The notes under the pieces were generated by a model. The model had not been told where the DNA came from. It saw nothing but the letters and a program-made list of their open reading frames with translations, and ran no database searches. This document shows, one piece after another, positions 57,301 through 64,000 of a stretch of DNA of 64,000 bases; positions within the stretch are counted from its first letter, which is position 1; each line of letters starts with the position of its first letter. Made by a program: the position numbers and the translations under genes. The stretch comes from Podarcis cretensis (Eukaryota): positions 85,746,001 to 85,810,000 of the forward strand of contig OX638149.1 in the NCBI GenBank assembly GCA_951804945.1, read 5' to 3'.

Positions 57301-58650
57301 AGAATGCTATTCAGTCTGTTCTGCATAGGATTATACTCTGAAGAATACGGTTTAGGGGGCTTCTACACCCCACTTTCTCACTAGAGGCCCAAGTGGGACC
57401 TTGAGACAAGTGCACCAGCTTGTGGCTCTGCCCTGGGCAAGGGGGTAGCCTATACTTTGGGTTTCCAATCCCTGGTAACTTCAAGGCTTGGTTACTGAAA
57501 TAAATTCTACATGGGAGTACCTTTGAAAACTGCCCAGAAACTGTAATTAATGCAAAATACAACTACTAGACTGTGAAATGGGACTAGGTGTTTCAAACGT
57601 ATCACCAACATTTAAACATTTAAACAACTGTACTGGCCCCTGGTTCATTTCTGAGAGCAATTTGAAGGGTGGGGTTTGGGGCCTGAAGAGTTCCCTAATC
57701 ACAAGATGAGCCTTTCCATGAAGTAAGGTCAACTTTGGAGGGTTGAGTATCCCCACCAGCTAAAGCCACAGTGGCCCAAAGGCCTAATTAGGCCCACCAG
57801 GGCTTTGAATTTGGCCATGAATTAAGCCTTCCAGGCCATTTTGGGCAAACCAGCTGTCAGGTTATCTCTGATGTAAGATAATGGAAAATGATGTGGAAAT
57901 GCCCTGGAAAGTGCGAGATAACACTTGCTTCGAGATAACATCATCTAGCTTCCTTGCAAACCTTTAGACAGCAGGGAGATTAGACAAGGTTGGCTAACAA
58001 ATGGGCATGGATGTTCAGTAAACAGGTCGCTTTGAAGCACCTCGGTGTGAAAATAGGTGTATTACAATTACACAAAAAGCACTGTTTTTAACCTGTGAAT
58101 TGTATTGATGCAGAGAGCACCAGAAAGCTATCAGGCACGCTGGGAACCAGACTGAGCCAAAGGCCAGCCCATTTCTTTTTTACTAGCTTCCAGCAGGCTC
58201 TGGGCAGTTGTGTGGGAACGGAGGAAGCCCAGATTGGGCTGAGGGTGTTGGGACATATCTGAGAGCAGCTTGAGCAAGCTTGCCTGAACCAGGCCTGAGA
58301 AGCATGACCAAGTAGCCATATCTCGCTGCCCTATTTGCTGATGCCTCCTTCTCGTTCTGTGTCCTCTCAGGGCTATCCAGGAGAGCATGTTCCTTCAGGC
58401 GGGGCCAGGCCTGAGCCCAGTGGAGTCTGGAGGTGGCAACGGTGGCGCTCCTCCTCCTGAGAGCAGCCCACCTCTCAGCACCAATGGGGGTGGCTCCTCG
58501 GCCTTGCCCCCGCCCTACCCCAGCTTTGACGAGCAGCTGCGCTTGGCCATGGAGCTGTCTTCGAGGGAGCAGGAGGAGAGGGAGCGCCAACGCCGCGAGG
58601 AGGACGAGGAGCTGCAGCGCATCCTCCAGCTCTCTCTGACGGAGAAGTAG
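42032..58650 (+). CDS. ANKRD13D: Ankyrin repeat domain-containing protein 13D, complete gene, 15 coding exons, 1914 nt, 637 aa (N-terminal ankyrin repeats, central ANKRD13 domain, four UIMs)
   Basis: FPLHLLVW..., [53 protein letters not shown]; UIMs [48 protein letters not shown]; GT-AG introns in frame; lies between GRK2 and SSH3. Confidence 0.97.
45922..46057 (+). CDS. ANKRD13D: ANKRD13D exon 2
   Basis: [45 protein letters not shown]; cag / gtatga. Confidence 0.95.
46816..46940 (+). CDS. ANKRD13D: ANKRD13D exon 3
   Basis: [42 protein letters not shown]; tag / gtatgt. Confidence 0.94.
47190..47271 (+). mobile_element. CR1-type 3' tail with (ATTCTATG)n repeat
   Basis: GGGTTGGACTCGATGGCC...CTTCCAACTCTATGATTCTATGATTCTATGATTCT; similar tails near 15868-15918, 41280-41375 and 55781-55850 (minus). 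Confidence 0.8.
47685..47730 (+). CDS. ANKRD13D: ANKRD13D exon 4
   Basis: [15 protein letters not shown]; cag / gtaagt. Confidence 0.95.
48130..48338 (+). mobile_element. tRNA-derived squamate SINE (Squam3-like)
   Basis: tRNA-like head GGGCTGTAGCTCAGTGGAAGAGCACCTGCTTT...CCCAGGTTCA, body CCTGAAACCCTGGAGAGCTGCTGC, tail CAGTATAAGGCAGCT. Confidence 0.72.
48429..48572 (+). CDS. ANKRD13D: ANKRD13D exon 5
   Basis: [48 protein letters not shown]; cag / gtcaga. Confidence 0.95.
48694..48883 (+). CDS. ANKRD13D: ANKRD13D exon 6
   Basis: [16 protein letters not shown]...[12 protein letters not shown]; cag / gtgagc. Confidence 0.95.
49614..49680 (+). CDS. ANKRD13D: ANKRD13D exon 7
   Basis: [22 protein letters not shown]; cag / gtacaa. 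Confidence 0.95.
49827..49908 (+). CDS. ANKRD13D: ANKRD13D exon 8
   Basis: [27 protein letters not shown]; cag / gtaaaa. Confidence 0.95.
51047..51108 (+). CDS. ANKRD13D: ANKRD13D exon 9
   Basis: [21 protein letters not shown]; cag / gtgagt. Confidence 0.93.
51304..51434 (+). CDS. ANKRD13D: ANKRD13D exon 10
   Basis: [43 protein letters not shown]; cag / gtgaga. Confidence 0.95.
51708..51865 (+). CDS. ANKRD13D: ANKRD13D exon 11
   Basis: [52 protein letters not shown]; branch-point-like GACTAAC; cag / gtgaga. Confidence 0.95.
52595..52753 (+). CDS. ANKRD13D: ANKRD13D exon 12
   Basis: [53 protein letters not shown]; cag / gtagga. Confidence 0.9.
53796..53959 (+). CDS. ANKRD13D: ANKRD13D exon 13 (UIM1)
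   Basis: [18 protein letters not shown]...[24 protein letters not shown]; cag / gtgatt. Confidence 0.95.
54479..54558 (+). CDS. ANKRD13D: ANKRD13D exon 14
   Basis: [26 protein letters not shown]; cag / gtgagt. Confidence 0.94.
58371..58650 (+). CDS. ANKRD13D: ANKRD13D exon 15 (last coding exon; end of UIM2, UIM3, UIM4)
   Basis: AIQESMFLQ...[50 protein letters not shown] stop. Confidence 0.95.
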
Positions 58651-59427
58651 CGTCCTAGCCTCCCTCAAGCCTCACACCGCCCAGCCTAGCTGTCCTTGCC
58701 GTCATTGTCTTTTTAACCTCTGGGGGTGGGGTGGGTTTCATGCTTTGCCCCTTCCCAGTTGAGGGTCAGGCTGGATGTGAGAAGACAGCACCTTCTGCAT
58801 TTCCTGGGACTCACTCGGTTCCATCCTCTGGTATTATTTCCTGTAAGATTTTTTTAAAAATTTGCTTTATATCCTCAACCTTCACTGAGGAAATGTTTTC
58901 TACAGCACAGAGAGGCAGGTTGGAGAAGAGGAGCAGCAACAAATAAGGAGACAGGATGTGGGGCAGGGGGGGGGGGAGACGTTGAGGAAATTTTCATCAC
59001 CTCGGCATGAGATTTTTCTGAGACTGATGGTGAATGTGCTGCTTTCTCTTTCCTTGCAAGGGTTTGGGCCTGTTGAGGACGGGACCAAGTTGGGGAAGTG
59101 GCAATAGAAGGCGGTGGGGAAGCCTGGAGCTTGATGCGCTGATGTTTTGCGGTGAGACCTGAAACCAGGCTGCCGTGTGGTGAATAATTTTCAGTCCCGT
59201 GTTTTATTTTCCTCCTCATTGCGAGCTGCTGCTCTCCCTGCCCCCCTTATTTTTAATTTATTTTATTTATATCTCTGAAGAAGGGGAGTGGGAGGTATGT
59301 GGTTTTTGTTTTTTTTAAGAAACTGAACCCAGTGGGTCTAAAGGGAACAGCTGTGCCCACTCCTGAGCGGCTTTCTCCTGTTGTCTGGGAACCAGGCACA
59401 AGGGGCTCTGGGCAGCAGGAACTACTA

Positions 59428-59433
59428 AATAAA
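59428..59433 (+). terminator. Probable ANKRD13D polyadenylation signal (AATAAA)
   Basis: AATAAA about 780 nt after the stop, with a U-rich/ATTTA tract upstream (about 59249-59270) and GU/U-rich sequence downstream; repeats resume after it. Confidence 0.7.
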
Positions 59434-59599
59434 ACTAAGAAACCAGCATCGCTCTGCTGTGACGTTCTTCCGTTTTCTTCCATCTTGGTCTCGGGTTGCA
59501 TGGCTGTGACATAAACATAAAACTTGGCTCCAGAACCTGCTAGGATTTCTGCGGCTCTCCTTATGAAAATTAGGAAACATGCTAATTAGTATACTCACA

Positions 59600-60132
59600 A
59601 AAAACCCTGATAGTTTGAACCATGAAAACATTATACCAGCATTATTTCATTCCTAATGATCCCTAGCATGGGATTCGCCTTTTTCACAGCTGCCACATGA
59701 ACTGTTGAAATCATTTTCACCAAGATATCCACTATGACCACAAGGTCTTTCCTAGGCTGCATACAAACTGCACCCTTAAAGCACGTTCAGAACATATTGT
59801 CCCCAGAATTCTGGGCACTGTAGTTTGTTCAATGTGACTGGGAACCGTAACCTTCTGAGAGGTGAACTACAGTACCCAGAATACTTTCGAGGGGAATGTG
59901 CTTTGAATGTCCTTTAAAGGTATATAGTGTGTGTGCAGCCCTGGTCAGTTACTGCCAGTTCAGACCCCATTACTATATATGTCAAATGAGGATTTATTTT
60001 ACTTACATTGAATTGTGTTTGCTATTTTAAGTTCACCCAGTTTGGAGGAATTCTTTTGGAACTCCTTGCAATCCCTTGTTTTGTTTTGACAACCCAGAAC
60101 AATTTAGTGTCATGAGCAAACTTTGCTCCCTC
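59600..60132 (-). mobile_element. Decayed CR1 reverse-transcriptase fragment interrupted by a fold-back MITE (59755-59940)
   Basis: Minus strand reads AKFAHDTKLFWVVKT (FADD region), then AVKKANPMLGIIR; MITE termini GGCTGCATAC / GTGTGCAGCC. Confidence 0.75.
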
Positions 60133-61122
60133 AATACACTAATGGGACTCCATATGTTGGTGATAGTCTGTGTCCATTTTGGTAAACGATAAGGTTTACA
60201 AGCTGCTTTAGGTTCTTCAACAGGCTACGTTGCTATTAATTCCCAATTTGGTGGAAGCAATAGCAGAGAGGGCAGGTGGGGGGTAAGAGGGAGGGAGGAT
60301 ATTACGATCTTGAAGTCGTAGAGTAGTACCATCCTTTTTCTTACAACTGTACTCAGAAAGTGTTCAGTTTAAATCATTAAGTGAAATCTACACACTTCCT
60401 TTGCCCTCATTGCCCTGTTAGTCCAATGCCCCAGTGACAGTAAAGCAACAACTAGCTTAGTTCCTTGGCAGAGTCTAGCAATCCTCTACCCTCCACCTTT
60501 GCTTCCTCCCTTGCTGCCAATAGTACACAGCCCTTGCACCATCTAGACCATGTGCATCATTTTGCACCAATACTCTTCCCCATTGGACTTTGTCAACATA
60601 TCTCTGCCACTCCTTGTCCCTACATGTCCTTTCTTAACTTTAATCAAACCGGCAGCTTCCATCTTGCCTCAAAGAAACCAGTGGATTTGTTCTCTGAGCC
60701 ACTGAAATTATATGTCTGCTCAGCCAACATAGCATCATAGTTTTGGACTGCCCAAGTGCAAATATATACATACACTGCGCTTTGTATAAATCCCTGTTGG
60801 CCTTGCCTGACACAATGCATATCCCCATCTAGTGTGCATACATAGAACTGCAATTTGTCTCTATCTCTCTCTCTCTCTCCCTCCCCCGCACCCCCCTTGC
60901 TCAATCTTCTGCATGGTGCAATTTAGGAAGCCAGGCATGATGATTGTACACTGAAGAACCATGGCTGCCACATGATAGCACAGTGACCTTAAACAGAGCA
61001 GGTGGCAATGGTACTGTTAAAATTGCTTTAGCTGGTTTCAGTTGCCAAGTCTCCCCTGCCAGTTCGGAAGGTGTGCAAGGGGCTCCCGAGAGCTGCTCTG
61101 CCTTAACCAGCTGCATTTTGGG

Positions 61123-61318
61123 GGAAGAGCTGTACCCAGTGGTAGTGCAGCACATGCTCTGCAACCAAAGATCCCGGGTTCAACCCCTGGTGTCTCCAGC
61201 TGGGGCTGGGAAACGGCTTCCCAATCTGAAACCCTTAAGGAGGTGCTGCCAGAGAGTGCAAGCCATACAACTGACCTAGACGTGCCAATAGCCCGATTTG
61301 CTATAAAACAGCTTCATA
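61123..61318 (+). mobile_element. tRNA-derived squamate SINE, decayed copy of the 48130 family
   Basis: Shares the head and the body CTGAAACCCTTAAGGAGGTGCTGCCAG. Confidence 0.62.
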
Positions 61319-61744
61319 ACGGCCTGCAGTTATTTTGGGTCCAAATTGCAGCACTGTGTCATATAGGCTGTATTGTAACTGTGTGCCTGGGACTGGCTGG
61401 CTGGCTTGAGGGGGTGGGTAGGCTGAGTGTGCCGAGATTAAGGCTGCCTGCAGTGAACCTGGAAATCCTGCCTACTCCTTTCAAAAGCTCCAAAGCAACA
61501 AGAGATGCTGCTGCCTTTCACACCGCTGACCCACCTGCCCACGCTCCTTTCCACCTGCTGGGTCTTGGGCAGGTAGGAAAGTGAAGTGGTTGTCTGCCCT
61601 TTCATTGGTTCTGTGTGTTTAAAGATCAAATGCAAAGCAAACAATTCCATTATGTTCACGAAGCAGCTTACATTAAGCATCAACAACAAAAAGCCCCAGG
61701 AATTAGCTGCAGTTCCTGCTATGTCTTCTACACTTAACAAATCT

Positions 61745-61856
61745 CTCAGTCGGTAGAGCATGAGACTCTTCATCCCAAGGGTGTGGGCAGAAGATTCCTG
61801 CATCGCAGGGGGTTGGACTAGATGACCCTTGTGGCCCCTTCCAATTCTATGGTTCT
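61745..61856 (+). mobile_element. SINE with tRNA-Lys(CTT)-like head and CR1 tail
   Basis: CTCAGTCGGTAGAGCATGAGACTCTT matches the 5' half of tRNA-Lys(CTT) and is joined to the CR1 3' end GGGTTGGACTAGATGACC...CCTTCCAATTCTATG. Confidence 0.75.
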
Positions 61857-62799
61857 TGGAGGTTTAACTGTGGAAACTAGTGTGCACTATGCAACTTGCA
61901 CTTTAATGTTTTAAAATATATGATCATTTCCTTTATTATTTTTTTTAAAGCATTCCCCTTACAAATGGCTAGTTGCTTGAAATGCTTTGGATCAAAACTG
62001 CTTCCAATGAGAACTGGTTAGCAATTTGAGCTTTTAGGGGGAAGAGCTGGGTGTCTATCTAGGTCGTCTGCTGGCAGCCTCCCGCAATATCCGAAGCATT
62101 TAGAATTTCAGCACTGCTGAGTTGAGTTCTGAACAGATTTTACTTTTACCTTCGATAGCCTGGCCCGGAGGTATCAGCAGCTGGCGATGTTTGCAGGGCT
62201 GTGCTTGTGGGTAGCTGTGCTATGGATTAGGAAGGCTGCTTTTTGGATCCCGATATGCAGCGGGGGTGGCAGTGGGCTCCATGCGGCCGTCGTGCCTGAT
62301 GGGGGGGGGGCGCTGTGCTGCTTCTCCAGCCTCTGATGTTCGGCTTTTCGCTCGACCACCTGCTGAGTCATTGTAGTAATATGCAGGGGGGGGGGGTGGC
62401 AGCAGCGGCAAGGCGTTAGGTTTCCATTTTAAGCTCCGACTCTGGTGTTAGCTGAGATTTTAACTCTGCATGCATGAAAACAAACGAACAAACACGGTGC
62501 CCGCCGCCCTCCTCCCTAATGTTCAGGCCACAACGGGAAGAGAGCCTCCTCCGTTCCACACGGCTGCACCAACACTCACAGCAGCTGCGGCAACCTCTGC
62601 ACATCCTCAGAAGCATAAGAGCCAACTCCTAGGGGCCGCTGTGGTCCCTTCGCCGCCCCCCTTTATAAAATATTTGAGCGCCCCCCTCCCAAAAAAAGAA
62701 GTTGATGGGCTTTGCCATTCAAATCCTGTGCGTGCCATGTGATCGATTATGTGGGTCGGGGCTTACCCCCCATATTTCATTCAAGTTGGCACCTCTGCT

Positions 62800-63700
62800 C
62801 AGAGGCGCTTGTTACCCCGCTTCCCACCATACGCAAGCCTAGCAGCACTCAGAATAGGTGCCGGGGCTGAGCCTTGGCCCCTGTGATGGAAGGGTGCCAT
62901 TGCGGCTTGGGGAAGCGAGCCCTGAGCAGCCCGACGCTCCTCCCACCTCCGCTCCCGGCTGGGGAAAACCCTCCCGCGTCTTGGGGCTGGTTCCTTTAAG
63001 AGCCTCCCGCCAAGGACGTGCGCGATTCCGCCGCGCAGCATCCTTGAGCTTCCTGGTTAAGGCGGCCGGGTGCAGGAGAAGAAAGTTTACGGCCGGCAGG
63101 TCCCACCCTGGCGTGACCCAGGGAGTGCGCGGAAGGCTGGGCACGCCCGCCCCCTGGAGGCTGTCTGCAGCGGCGGCAGCAGCGGTGCCGAGTGGCACGA
63201 TCTTTCCCCGTCGGCTCCCCGCGCGCTGCGAGCGGAGGAAGGGCGCAGCAAGCCGCGCATGGCGCTGGTGACCGTCTGTCGCTCCCCGTCGGGGAGCGGC
63301 CACTCGACACCCACCGGCAGCAAGGTGAGCTCGCACGCCGCTTCTAGCCCAGCCTCAAGCCGCCCCAAGAGAACCCCACCCTGATCCCCCGACGGGACCC
63401 ACACAGCAGCGGCTCTTCTTTCAGGCACGGCTGCGATCCAGCATCCCCCTTCTGGGGCTGGCGGGGGGTGCTGTTTCGACGGCTGCGCCATCGTGTGCCC
63501 CCGTTCTCGCCACCTCTCTCTCCCATTGCAAGCCGTATGCTGAGCTGTGCAAGCGACTGCACCTTGCACCATTTTGGCCCCGAAGGATCTGGCCGTTTGT
63601 TCTCGCACCTCCCTGCAGGGGCGCTGTCGGAAGAAGGACTGGCTTGCGCGGGGTGGGGGGCGGTATTGCGCAGAGAAGGGGGCCCAAGCGCCAAAGATCA
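62800..63700 (+). promoter_or_regulatory. CpG island promoter of SSH3
   Basis: GC/CpG-rich region around SSH3 exon 1. Confidence 0.8.
63259..63324 (+). CDS. SSH3: Protein phosphatase Slingshot homolog 3, first coding exon (gene continues beyond the window)
   Basis: MALVTVCRSPSGSGHSTPTGSK followed by donor gtgagc; matches the Slingshot-family N-terminus MALVTVxRSP; GRK2-ANKRD13D-SSH3 synteny. Confidence 0.9.
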
Positions 63701-64000
63701 GGCAACAGATTTCCCCGTGTCTCTAGTCTCTTCTTCCCAGTAGAGGGAGCTCCCTGGGGTGAAGCAGTAGCAGGAGTGGGATAGGGAAAGAAAACGACGG
63801 TCTTCCACTATTATATGTAGGATTTCTTTACCTGCTGCATCGGGGGCTCGTGTTTCCCACCTTTGCCACTCAAGGTGGGCCAGTCTCAGCCTGAAACACG
63901 AACTCCACTTAGCTGTTCTGTCATATTTGCATTCAGTGTAAGTCACAGAGTGTCAAAAGGATGGGGTTTTTGGGGGGTTTTTTTAAGCCATCATTTGTAG

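Noticed and set aside
604-58370. Minor-spliceosome (U12) introns
   Set aside because: All donors read; none matches RTATCCTT and all are GT-AG U2-type.
62799-63743. Stack of ORFs around the SSH3 start
   Set aside because: Same GC-rich effect; only 63259-63324 matches a known protein and has a donor.
1-64000. CRISPR arrays, operons or other prokaryote-type systems
   Set aside because: Intron-rich vertebrate DNA; repeats are dispersed MITEs, SINEs and microsatellites with no repeat-spacer periodicity.

Overview
Vertebrate genomic DNA from a squamate reptile, probably a lacertid lizard (full-length Sauria SINEs, CR1/L2 fragments, squamate MITEs). It carries three co-oriented + strand genes in the same order as human 11q13.2: a complete GRK2/ADRBK1 (21 coding exons, 491..36678, 691 aa), a complete ANKRD13D (15 coding exons, 42032..58650, 637 aa) and the first coding exon of SSH3 (63259..63324). 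Each gene starts in a CpG island. All introns I assembled are GT-AG and both complete genes keep frame. Most short ORFs in the track are intronic, repeat-derived or GC-rich noise. Leads most worth checking: (i) an upstream ATG plus a phase-compatible donor 5' of GRK2 that could give an isoform lacking the receptor-docking N-terminal helix; (ii) a strong-context out-of-frame ATG 11 nt before the ANKRD13D start that opens an 84-codon spliced overlapping ORF, which an alternative acceptor 8 nt downstream would fuse into the main frame; (iii) two PPxY motifs directly before UIMs in ANKRD13D; (iv) a PBE/CPE/hexamer cluster at the GRK2 3' end; (v) two candidate intronic enhancers; (vi) decayed Penelope-type hammerhead relics and a possible DIRS-like remnant. 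All comparisons to human proteins and repeat consensus sequences are from memory, not from a database search.
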